From assembly GCA_034226945.1 (NCBI GenBank), contig CP120463.1:868001-932000 (forward strand): DNA of 64,000 nt, written 5' to 3'. Source of the DNA: Picochlorum sp. SENEW3. Its lineage: Eukaryota. Of the stretch, positions 10,007 to 19,679 are shown piece after piece. The notes below the pieces were generated by a model. That model was not told the DNA's origin. It made no database searches and was given only the letters and a program-made list of their open reading frames with translations. The translations under genes were made by a program, and so were the position numbers. Numbering within the stretch: the first letter of the stretch is position 1; the number at the start of each line of letters is the position of its first letter.

Positions 10007-12672
10007 GATGCCATTATAGCCAGCTCGCCACGGATCCAGACAGTCAATCGCTACAATGGTGGGCCGACCACCAGCCCATGGAACAGCAGCCGCCGATTGA
10101 AGCCTTGAATGAAGACATTACATGGGAGGAATTGAATGGTGTCCTGCACCAGCTCAAAACCAGTAAGTGTCCTGGCATGGATGGTCTCCCTAACGAATTC
10201 CTTCGCTTGTGTCGTGTAGATTTGACCTCCAGCTCCCCAGAATCGGCGATGGGCACGGTTTTGCTGCGGACGTGCAACTCGGTATTCTCGGGCAACATCT
10301 CTGATGCCCTGAATACCAGTCTCGTCGTCTCCCTGCCCAAGCCAAACAAGGATTTCACCTACTTGAGCAACAGGAGAGGTATCAGCTTAATCTCCTGCGT
10401 GCTCAAGTTGGTCACGAAAATTGTCGCAAACAGATTCCAACAACATGCAGTCCCAGGCACGGGAGGCCTGCGCAAGGAGCAAGCAGGCTTCCGCCTGCGG
10501 GAAGAGTGCAACGCACAGGCCGCCACCCTCATAGAAATTGCAGGTAGACGGGGTGCAGAAGCGAAGCCGACATATGTCGCCTTCATGGACCTCCAGAAAG
10601 CCTTTGACATGGTCCCACACAATGGCATGCTTCACATCCTCAGAGCCAAAGGAGTCTCAGGTAAGTGCTGGTCTTTCATTCAACGCCTGTATACCAACGG
10701 TACCTTCCGCGTTCTAGTGGGTCCCACAACCTCAGACCTGGCCCCACTAGAACGCGGGGTGCGGCAGGGGGACAGCTTGTCTCCCCTGCTGTTCAACTAT
10801 GTCATGGATTCTTGCCTTGACAATCTGTCAGGAGTTACTGTCCCTGGAATGTCCCAGCGCATTCCAGGGCTCCTCCTGGCAGATGACGCTGTTATTCTTG
10901 CCAATACAGACACGGAGATGAGGGATAATCTGGCAGCCTTTGGGGAGTGGGCGACGTCGTGGCACATGAAGATTGGCCACGACAAATGCGGACTCATGGT
11001 CTTGCACGATCAGCCTGCACACAGCAAAGCCAAAGATTCAGTCTGGCGTACACAAGGGAGTGTTATTCCAGTTGTGGATCAGTATACATACCTGGGACTC
11101 ACCATCGACACAGAGGTATCCACAGCTACCATGGCAGAAGCCAGGGCAGTCACCGGGGCCAAAACGCTCAGCCACTTGGCCCCGTTCCTGGCACACTCCT
11201 CCATCCCAGTGGCGATGAAGAAGATGGTGATCAATGGTATCCTCCTCCCTCAGCTGTGCTATGGTGCAGAAGTCTGGGCAGACAAGCAGTGCAACATTCC
11301 TCCAGTACAGCGCATCCTGAACAATGCTCTCCGCTTGACCACAGTCGGCAGAATGAAGAACAAGCGAGCCATCAGCACCCACATCGTTCACGAGGAACTG
11401 GACATAGCAAATATCAGCGCTATTGCTACGTCCCAAAGGGTACGTGCATGGATCAAATGGCGTCACCTCCATACTTGGATTGCAGATTTCGTCAGAGACC
11501 GCAGCTTCTCTCGGCTCAGCTGGACCCAGCCCTCCAGCAGGATTTTCAGCAAACAGATGGCACGCTTGGGACTCTCGTCTGCAGATGTTGAAGACCTACA
11601 GCCAAAGACGGTGGCTAAGCAAGTGAAAGAGGCATTGAGCAGAGAATACCGGTCCACCAGCACGGCAGCCGCTGGGGGACACTACTTTGCCAACAATATG
11701 CAGAACACGAAGACATACCTGAAGACTAGCACACATCGGGCCACCCCTGTGGACATGCATCGACTTCTTAGGACCAGACTGAACGCGTGGCCAGGCCTGC
11801 TCTACAGATTGTCCAAATGGCACGAAGTATGCCTCTTGCCAGGCTTTGAATGTGTGTGCCCCTCGTGTGACAGCGCCCCGAGGGATGACCTCCACCACAT
11901 TGGCATGGTGTGTCCAGCATTTCAGGAACAGCGAGAAGCCATTCTCAGACCAGCGATAGACGCCATCACCAAGTTCTTCGACGACCACCAGCTGCAACGT
12001 CGAAGTGACACTGTGTGGACAGCGTGCCTTGGAGGTCTCTCCACCACTGACGCTGAAATTCTTCAGAAATTTCAGCAAATGTGGGTGGGCACGCCGTTCC
12101 CACAGCCAGCCAGGGGGACAGCCCCCCACGTGGAAGGGACTCCCTCCCAGCCAGCCAGGGAGTCCCACAGGTATGACTTACGATCTACGTCTTCTACTGA
12201 CCATACTAACAATTTATCTACTCACGTGCGAGGGACGAGCCCTCCAGATGAGATGCCCAGTGTGCAGGACACAGACAGTGATGGTTCCTCAATGCAGGCA
12301 CCAGAGGACTCAGCCATGTCTTGGCTGATGGATGAGGACGAGGATGGAGAAGACACAGCCTCGATTGGCGAGGCCAGCAGCAGCCAGCCACAGATCCCGC
12401 TGTGGCAACGTGTAGGCAGATTTTTACATCGAGTGCTCGGCAAGCACTTTCAGAACATTCGTGATAAGGTGACCCAGCGCAGAGGGTCACCCCCGGTCCG
12501 TCCCAGAGCCAATGCACCGTTTAGTGTAAGGCAGTTCTTTGCTGAAAGGACCACCGCCCCCAGGCTCGGGGCTGTTCACTCCCATGTCGCCGAGGCGGCA
12601 GAACAGCTCGGAGACAGCGGGGTCTGGTCTGGACGGCCCAGAACAACCAGTCGACGCCAAGGGGTTGGGTGA
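10007..12672 (+). CDS. LINE-type reverse transcriptase, N-terminally truncated (RTE/RTEX/L1-like; clade not resolved)
   Basis: KCPGMDG, NRRGISL, EQAGFR, AFMDLQKAFDMVPH, GVRQGDSLSPLLF, LLADD, YTYLG; C-terminal CPSC-x8-H-x4-C zinc knuckle. Confidence 0.9.
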
Positions 12673-13018
12673 TCCCATCCCGAGGTGTGGGAGTGAGTTT
12701 TTAGTGAGTGCAATCCTCACATGCCTGGAATGGTATCTGGACACCCAGCTGGCGGCCACTGCTCTGTCTCCTGACAGGCACGGGCCACCAGGAAGGAACC
12801 ACTTGCATCGTGGGCGCTTCTCATTGACACCCCAAGCTTCCTCAGTCGCACAGGCAGCCGGGTTCCCTCACGAGGAGGCCGCCCACGCAAGCAGCAACTT
12901 TGTGTCGGCCCAGATTTTCTCACTCTCTTGCTTCTTCAGCACACCAAGGGGCGGTCGGATCCGCTGTTCCAGGGCCTTGGCGTGCAGAAAACACGGCTCA
13001 AAAAAAAAAAAAAAAAAA
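10007..13018 (+). mobile_element. Non-LTR retrotransposon copy 4 (about 3 kb, 5'-truncated: RT, CCHC finger, 3' UTR, poly(A))
   Basis: Carries the RT reading frame to the stop at 12672, about 330 bp of 3' UTR and A19; no endonuclease domain upstream, consistent with 5' truncation. Confidence 0.95.
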
Positions 13019-13088
13019 CAAATTAGGTTTTGCGGATAGACTTAGAGCAAAAATTCATTCACGGTATCCCATGTCTCAATCCTGGAAT

Positions 13089-13188
13089 AGCCGGAGGTCG
13101 CCAGTTCGAATCTGGCGGATGGCATCTTCCGTCACAAACAGAGTTAGTGCCATCCTAGCTTAGCCTTGGTTAGAGCGTCGGTTTCATA
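13089..13188 (+). tRNA. Circularly permuted tRNA-Met(CAU): 3' half 13089-13124, 24-nt spacer, 5' half 13149-13188
   Basis: Joined 5'+3' halves give GCCATCC TA GCTT AGCCTTGGTTA GAGC G TCGGT TTCATA|A GCCGG AGGTC GCCAG TTCGAAT CTGGC GGATGGC A: perfect 7-bp acceptor stem, perfect T arm; T6 Pol III terminator at about 13213. Confidence 0.9.
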
Positions 13189-13485
13189 ACAATCAAATGA
13201 CATGTGAGACTCTTTTTTCGTCTGTTTGCCCGTTTCAAAGTATGCAAGCTTCTTTTGGACCAAGTCTACATAGTAAGAAGCGTCTGATGTGGTCACCATG
13301 GATGGGCCGCATTCAACATGGTTGAATTAGGATTAGGAATATGTTCGAAATGTACTATATTTTTGATCGAAACTTTGGATAGAGCGTGGGTTTCATTACA
13401 GACATGAAATGTGATACAGGGCCCTGGACGGTATTTCATGCATTGTACCATCACACATACTTTATTTGTTACATACATCTATATG

Positions 13486-14577
13486 TCATGACACCCGTCG
13501 TCTGCACCACAGAAGGATCCTTTGTTGTACAAACACGAGGAAAGAAAGGACATATCGCAATCCCATTGAGATGGAGGAAAGCAGGGCACAACATGCGTCC
13601 CACCAAACCCAAGGCCATTCTTGGGCGAACAAGAATCGGAAGCCGAAATTAATCATTCGCCTGGTTCTCTTGCCGTGTGGAAACAAGATGTCCAGCACTG
13701 AAAATGCCAACTTGTTCACCTTCCTGGATGCATACCGAGGTCCCCCAGGTTGCGTGAGTGAGTAGATGGTTCCCTGTAAACGAATCCTAGTCGAAGTCCG
13801 GAGCATACCTATGAACTTTCCCACCAATTTCAGCCTGTATAGGTATTGCATACAAGCTTGATCTGCCCTGATGTCTTTAGCAAGGGCATCAACAATTCTA
13901 GCAATCACGAAATCAATCAAATCTTCTCCTCCTTTTTCATTCAACTCGTCCAAAATTCTACTAAATTCGACATCTTCCTGGACGTAATAAGGCATGAAGG
14001 ACACCGATAGACCTGTGAGGTTCTCCTCTACATGCTCATGTGTCAAAACCATCCGCAGAATAAAAGTATACAGAGGCTCAAATGCCATGGATGACGTCTC
14101 CACATCTCCCAGAAAGAGCTGTCGAGCGCCAGATGTTAGAATATTCAAGTGTTTCAGTCGTTCATCAGCCCCCCCTGCATCTGGATGAACCAGTAACCAC
14201 TGATGAAGGAGCAGGGCAAATATTGGAGCTGTGAATGGCTGCCCCCACAGTTTCTTGCATACCGATAATAATTCGTCCCCAGTCGATGGATGGCTCGAGA
14301 AGAATGGTGCCAATACCTCGTACCACCTCGTGTTGGCATCAGACTGGCCGGTGCTTTCGCGAGCAGCTGCATTCAACGTCCCAGTGATATCTGCAAAGAC
14401 CTCGCTGCATACGATATCCCTATCCTCTTTTTGCTCTGCCTGTGTGGCCAGTCCTAGTTTGCGTATAATTTCTTTAGATAAAACTGTTTTTATTTTACAA
14501 TCTGCAGTGCTGTCATCGTTATTGATTTCCCTCTGTTTCCTCTTCGCTGAGGAAGACGGAGAAAACAGGCGTCGCAT
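13486..14577 (-). CDS. Uncharacterised protein
   Basis: 363-aa ORF with globular composition and a hydrophobic C-terminus; no motif I can name. Confidence 0.65.
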   Translation of the reverse strand: MRRLFSPSSSAKRKQREINNDDSTADCKIKTVLSKEIIRKLGLATQAEQKEDRDIVCSEVFADITGTLNAAARESTGQSDANTRWYEVLAPFFSSHPSTGDELLSVCKKLWGQPFTAPIFALLLHQWLLVHPDAGGADERLKHLNILTSGARQLFLGDVETSSMAFEPLYTFILRMVLTHEHVEENLTGLSVSFMPYYVQEDVEFSRILDELNEKGGEDLIDFVIARIVDALAKDIRADQACMQYLYRLKLVGKFIGMLRTSTRIRLQGTIYSLTQPGGPRYASRKVNKLAFSVLDILFPHGKRTRRMINFGFRFLFAQEWPWVWWDACCALLSSISMGLRYVLSFLVFVQQRILLWCRRRVS

Positions 14578-14634
14578 CTATATCGTCGACTGTCGTGCCA
14601 TCCTGTCTGCATTACATTGAATAAATAAATACAA

Positions 14635-16707
14635 CTATCGACTTAATACGTACTCCAACACCTCTTCTCGAATGGCGTAGCACATGTCCAGATGCCCTGC
14701 ATTGAATTCTTTGTATGACACTTCCACCCCAGCATCCTTCATGGCCTTGTAGTGCCGCATGACGTCGGCTTTGTTGATGACACCGTCACGAGATCCTGCT
14801 ACCAAATCGATAGAAATGCCTTGCAAAGCGCCATAATGCTCTGCGACATTCGGTGGTTTGGGCACCCCATACTTTTTCATGTTGACGCTTTTTGATCCAT
14901 AATCGTACATTTCAAACTCTCCAGTTCGAATCAGCTGTATCAGGTGCGCCCCAGTGTGAACCGAAAGTGCTGGCATCGACGCTACGGCATAATGAGGCAT
15001 CTGCAGAGCTCTGTCCCATTCGCTGGAATCTCCGTTGAACAGCAGGCGCAGCGCTGCCCTTGTCAGCTCATTCAATGCTGGAATCTGGTGAAGGTCTGTC
15101 GACAATTTGAATGTGATATAGCGCAGTAACGATGATGGAATATACGCAGGTGCCCCAACCCCAGGCCTATAAGCATTCAAAAATCTCATGATGATTGGCA
15201 AGACATGATAGAAAGGCAGTGCTATGGTTGGGTAATTCTTGTGAAACCCCGCTGGTGTAAGCAAAACCATTTTCGAAATTCGGTGCGGTTGACCCAAGAT
15301 GCCACACATGACGGCGTACATCAGTACAGAGGCGGCTCCTAGAGAATGCGCAACAACCTTCAACCTGTATGGCTGAGAGGAGTCATTCTGAAGAGGCATG
15401 GTTCGTTCATAATACGATGAGGAGGATCCCTTTGTTGCTCGTGTCGGCGTGGTCGTTATTATATTCTTTTTGGGCTTCTCTCTGTCTTTCGAGCTCGAAA
15501 GCCGACGAAAGTCCACCTTCCCTTCCAACGACGTGGGGACGGAAGTTTCTGTGTTCTCTGCACTGAAAAGCTCTGGGTTGCTATTACTCCGACCATGATT
15601 TGCATATTGGGTTCTCCTCCGAGACGCAGTGAGCTCAGATCTCTTTACGGAATCAATCCGCGATATGAGAGCGGTGATATCTTCCATGGCTAATTCATTT
15701 ATGCTGTATGCCCAATACGAGGCTGCCGTCTTCCCTGGCTGTACGTGAGCCCTGGGCGGATTTGCCCGGCAGTTTCCAAGCCACACGTCAGCGCCAGCAT
15801 CATACGCTGCAAAAGCTTGGGATCCTTGAGGCCCATTGCATACCCACCCTAGAGATGTGTCCAGCACGCCATGTTGGAAAAAGACCACCTCCTTTGAGTT
15901 TTTCCTGGGAATCCGCTGCATGGTCAGAATATAGCCATCCCGTGTTTGAACAACGTGCTCTTCCAACGGATACCCAGATTGCAAAATGACATCACTCGGT
16001 GTCCATACATTTAAATCTTCCCATTGTCCGGCTATTCCAAATCTTCGCGAAGACACGTTTTTCGCATCCACTTTGCCAATAAGAACAAACTGAATGAGGC
16101 CTCTCAATGCTGCAAATACGATTTCCACACCGAGCTCCAACCACACCTTGACAGACTCAAGAAGACCTCGTCGCTCCATTCTCTCCGAGACTCCAAATCC
16201 GTAAGGTCTCTCGAACAAGTCACTCCCGCTGCGCCTCATCCCATGTTTTTCTGGCCCTTTCCTTCTCCCCCTCAAGACATCCAAGTCCCACCACCATGAA
16301 GAAGGGTCGCGACTCTGATAGAGAGCCTGCTCTGGCATTGAGGCGCTTTTAATCATTCCCCTCTGTTCTATTACAGCATTCAAGGTGCTGTTTGTTCCAT
16401 TCTGCGCCCAGAAACTGCTCCATGCCTCAGACCTCCTCTTCCTCCTTGGGGACGTCTTTTTCTTCCCATAAAAACCTCTGTCGATGAACAAGGCCACAAA
16501 GACCAGAGCCACACCGTTGATAACCCTACCGAAAAAGGAGAATGTCTCACGAATCGCTGCCTTGGTACTCTCCTCTGCTGTCGTCATGATGTTATCGACA
16601 ACCCACTGGGCAAAGGGGGAAATGAACACTGCGTGAACCCAGTGGAAGAGTATCAGAGCGGCCCATACTGGCACCCCTGCAGCTCTTTGAATGGACTGTA
16701 AACCCAT
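14635..16707 (-). CDS. Alpha/beta-hydrolase lipase (acid lipase / sterol esterase family)
   Basis: GYPLEEHVVQTRDGYILTMQRIP, FFQHGVLD, DVWLGNCR, VVAHSLG, GHLD. Confidence 0.85.
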   Translation of the reverse strand: MGLQSIQRAAGVPVWAALILFHWVHAVFISPFAQWVVDNIMTTAEESTKAAIRETFSFFGRVINGVALVFVALFIDRGFYGKKKTSPRRKRRSEAWSSFWAQNGTNSTLNAVIEQRGMIKSASMPEQALYQSRDPSSWWWDLDVLRGRRKGPEKHGMRRSGSDLFERPYGFGVSERMERRGLLESVKVWLELGVEIVFAALRGLIQFVLIGKVDAKNVSSRRFGIAGQWEDLNVWTPSDVILQSGYPLEEHVVQTRDGYILTMQRIPRKNSKEVVFFQHGVLDTSLGWVCNGPQGSQAFAAYDAGADVWLGNCRANPPRAHVQPGKTAASYWAYSINELAMEDITALISRIDSVKRSELTASRRRTQYANHGRSNSNPELFSAENTETSVPTSLEGKVDFRRLSSSKDREKPKKNIITTTPTRATKGSSSSYYERTMPLQNDSSQPYRLKVVAHSLGAASVLMYAVMCGILGQPHRISKMVLLTPAGFHKNYPTIALPFYHVLPIIMRFLNAYRPGVGAPAYIPSSLLRYITFKLSTDLHQIPALNELTRAALRLLFNGDSSEWDRALQMPHYAVASMPALSVHTGAHLIQLIRTGEFEMYDYGSKSVNMKKYGVPKPPNVAEHYGALQGISIDLVAGSRDGVINKADVMRHYKAMKDAGVEVSYKEFNAGHLDMCYAIREEVLEYVLSR

Positions 16708-16999
16708 TCACCTTTCTATTCAACGTCCTGCGCCGTATGAAGCCAACCAAAGTCCTGTGGCATTGTTGTTGGAGGGATGGCACGAAAGCTGTGCCTGTCC
16801 TTGTACGAGCTGCGAGTCGTCTTTCCTTTACTTGATCAACATTATGGTATTTATAGAGAGACAAAGCGGTACGTCGTGCCACAAATGGATTTCCAGAGGC
16901 GCCTCTCCTAATTTCGAATATTGCAATCAAGAATTGAACCTTTTTCAGCCAGATATCTGGCAACAGGGTCAGATCGAGGCATTTCAATCACCAAGTACC

Positions 17000-17995
17000 A
17001 TGCTGAACTCTCATCGTGGGCTATCTACGACACGCTACGCTTGGCCATTGTCGGCTGATACTCTGGCAGTGTGCCAAAGCGCCAGACAAAAAAAAAGTCG
17101 CCTCGCAAGGGAACGAATAGTCGCCATATATGCCAGCAACAACGGATCTGAGGACACGGAAGACGAAGATAATGATTTAATTGCTCGATTGAAAGCTGCT
17201 GAAGAGGAGGCGAAGGCTCTCAAGCAGGAGTTGAACAGGGTTCAGGCTGCAACCACAAAAGCTGAAGAGGGAGCACCTGGCACGAAGGCCCCACCATCCG
17301 CTGTTTCTCGAATTGATGGAGCTGATCTTCGCCGTGAGACTTTATCTTTTGTGGAGAACAAACCAAGAAATTGGCTAAGTGAGAGTGACATAGAGTTTTT
17401 TACCGGAGGAGGGCCAAGTGAGGCAGGCACTCAGACTGGTTCTGGCCAAGGGGTGGATGCGTCCAAATCCAGCGAGGATGCGGTCGTTCAGAGACGACTA
17501 GCGATCGGCATAGGACTCTCTGTGGTGTTGGGCGCATTCGCATTGGTTCCAACAGAGAAGCTGCAACCCCCTCCATCCAAGCCTCTTTTTTTCTACTTGG
17601 TTCCATTGATCCGGACACAGGAGATTTTAAAAGAGGTGATAGATATTCTACCAGATGGGGATTATGACAAGCTTCGTACTTTGCTGTCTCGGATCGAAGG
17701 TGCTCCAAATAACGTGCAGGAGAATTTGAAATCTGCCGTTGCTTCCATCTCTGATGCTCGCATTGCAGGAAAGGCAGACCTGATCGCCAGGGATGCATAT
17801 GAATACTTAAAAGGCATCGATTATCAGACATACTACGAGTCACGATCAATGGAAGGCCAACAATTGAAAGAAATGTTTGATTTTTCCAGCAATAGTGCAC
17901 AAGCAGCTCAAAGAAAGCTGGAAGAGTTCTTGAGCCTGATGCCAGAGGATGAGGTGATGGCTGCAAGGCAGCAAGTGTCTCAATCGTATTATTAA
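17000..17995 (+). CDS. Putative plastid-targeted single-TM protein
   Basis: Transit-peptide-like N-terminus from ATG 17000, coiled coil, TM segment (LAIGIGLSVVLGAFALV), helical C-terminal domain; the longer listed ORF overlaps the start of the neighbouring gene. Confidence 0.6.
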   Translation: MLNSHRGLSTTRYAWPLSADTLAVCQSARQKKSRLARERIVAIYASNNGSEDTEDEDNDLIARLKAAEEEAKALKQELNRVQAATTKAEEGAPGTKAPPSAVSRIDGADLRRETLSFVENKPRNWLSESDIEFFTGGGPSEAGTQTGSGQGVDASKSSEDAVVQRRLAIGIGLSVVLGAFALVPTEKLQPPPSKPLFFYLVPLIRTQEILKEVIDILPDGDYDKLRTLLSRIEGAPNNVQENLKSAVASISDARIAGKADLIARDAYEYLKGIDYQTYYESRSMEGQQLKEMFDFSSNSAQAAQRKLEEFLSLMPEDEVMAARQQVSQSYY

Positions 17996-18029
17996 ATAAT
18001 AAATATATATATAGAATTTAATGTTAAAC

Positions 18030-19511
18030 TCAGTGCGTCTTCCATCCATACGGCAGCTCATTGTGGGTCAAATCTTTGATTGCCCCCAATCCCTGTGGAT
18101 GGTCTCCAGGATTTGCAAGCCGTAAGCTGAGACTCCGCACTGTCTCCACAGATGACGACAAACGCTCTAAAAGATTCACGAGCGCTATGACTTCGTTTCT
18201 TTCCAGGATCAGGTTATTCGTTCCTGGAGACCCCGAGCATGTTTCTGACGAAAACAGGATTTTTAAAGATGTTGCAATTCCCAGAAACTGTAATTTGCCC
18301 CACATCTTGCACTTCTCGCACCCAACACAGTCCATGGCGCGAGTGATATTCTGGAATGACGCTTGCAAATCTTGTTTCAACTCGTCAGCTCCTTTCCCTT
18401 TCCAGAGACGGCCTTCATCAAAGGGAACAGGACACGAATGCCGAAGATCCTTATTGTCCACCAACATTGTCATCAGCTTTTGTGTGTGTTGATCTTCTTT
18501 CGGGTACCCAGTATCATAGCTGACATTTTTTAGGATTGGACTAGCTTTGACTACCGCACGCAAGACGAACAAGTACGTGAAGTACAAGTTCTCAACTCGC
18601 TCCTTGACATCTGGATTTCCTAATCTGGCTTCAAACATTTCCAGGTTGGGGCCCCATGTCTGTGTTGCCTCATCAATTAGATAGTCACCCACAATATGTG
18701 CGGTAATTGAGGAGTGGATGCCAGATATCAGCCGATAAAACACTTTTTTCTCGTCCGGTACATCTTCGTCATGGATTCCCTCAAAGCACTTTTGCTCGTA
18801 TATAGCCTTCCATACCCTGTTCGCGTGCTCGCCCTTGTATCCAGTATATCTTTCTCCATTTCGAAGAAGATTCACGTATGTGTATTCATAACCGTTCTCC
18901 TCAGGCATCCAGGGATTCATGTACCCCTTCCAGTCTTTCACTTCGAGCAATTTCGTCTTAATATCCGGCAAAATCGTCCTATCAACATGCGATTCCTGCT
19001 CAACTTCATCACACGATTCTCCTTCCTTCCATGGCTTTGGAACCTCATCTGACTCGCATTCGCATACTGAGCAGTCTTTCAGAGAGCACATGCCATCATC
19101 TGGCCACAGTGGACATTCACAATACAAGTCAGTTTTAAAATACCTGAAAAACGGTGTCTGGACCAACTCCTGCAAGATCGACTTCATACTGTTTAAATTC
19201 ATCCTCTCCACCGCAGCATATGAGCAGCAGCAGTGAGGGACGAATCCTTCCAACTGACAAGCAGCCTTCTGCTCCCACATGGAGGGGTCCACGACGTTGC
19301 CCCCGCACGTGCAAGAATCTGCACCGTTCACCGCAGTATCCTGTCGACGAGGAATTGGAATCTTTTCTGAAATTTTCTTAAGAAATTCATTGTGTTTCAA
19401 GACATCCGCCACAGCATGCTGAGCCTTTTCGAACAAGAAAATGTTGTTCAACGACAAAAAGATGGCTGCGAGAGCCACAAGAGCATGCAGATAGCCATTA
19501 AGTTTTATCAT
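18030..19511 (-). CDS. ERO1: Endoplasmic reticulum oxidoreductin 1
   Basis: FFRYFK..L..ECPLW, NGERYTGY, RLISGIHSSI, MDCVGCEKCKMWGKLQ; signal peptide. Confidence 0.95.
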   Translation of the reverse strand: MIKLNGYLHALVALAAIFLSLNNIFLFEKAQHAVADVLKHNEFLKKISEKIPIPRRQDTAVNGADSCTCGGNVVDPSMWEQKAACQLEGFVPHCCCSYAAVERMNLNSMKSILQELVQTPFFRYFKTDLYCECPLWPDDGMCSLKDCSVCECESDEVPKPWKEGESCDEVEQESHVDRTILPDIKTKLLEVKDWKGYMNPWMPEENGYEYTYVNLLRNGERYTGYKGEHANRVWKAIYEQKCFEGIHDEDVPDEKKVFYRLISGIHSSITAHIVGDYLIDEATQTWGPNLEMFEARLGNPDVKERVENLYFTYLFVLRAVVKASPILKNVSYDTGYPKEDQHTQKLMTMLVDNKDLRHSCPVPFDEGRLWKGKGADELKQDLQASFQNITRAMDCVGCEKCKMWGKLQFLGIATSLKILFSSETCSGSPGTNNLILERNEVIALVNLLERLSSSVETVRSLSLRLANPGDHPQGLGAIKDLTHNELPYGWKTH

Positions 19512-19679
19512 TTCGGAAAATGATGAGGCTTGTAGGCCGATTCACCGCAGTCACGAGAGTTGAAGAGCACCGAACGATTGATCTCGGTCAACAGTTGCAA
19601 CTCCTGGACGTTTTCCTTCCTATAGAACCTTCAAAGGAGGTTTACGCCTGAAAACAAAAAAATTCACAATTAAAATGTA

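Noticed and set aside
7491..10108. Several repeated ORFs (192, 283, 219, 221 aa)
   Set aside because: They are frames of truncated LINE 3' ends, not independent genes.
7645..13018. LTR retrotransposon or CRISPR-like interpretation of the direct repeats
   Set aside because: The repeats share one poly(A) 3' end with variable 5' ends, lack TG..CA termini, gag and integrase, and have no repeat-spacer periodicity.
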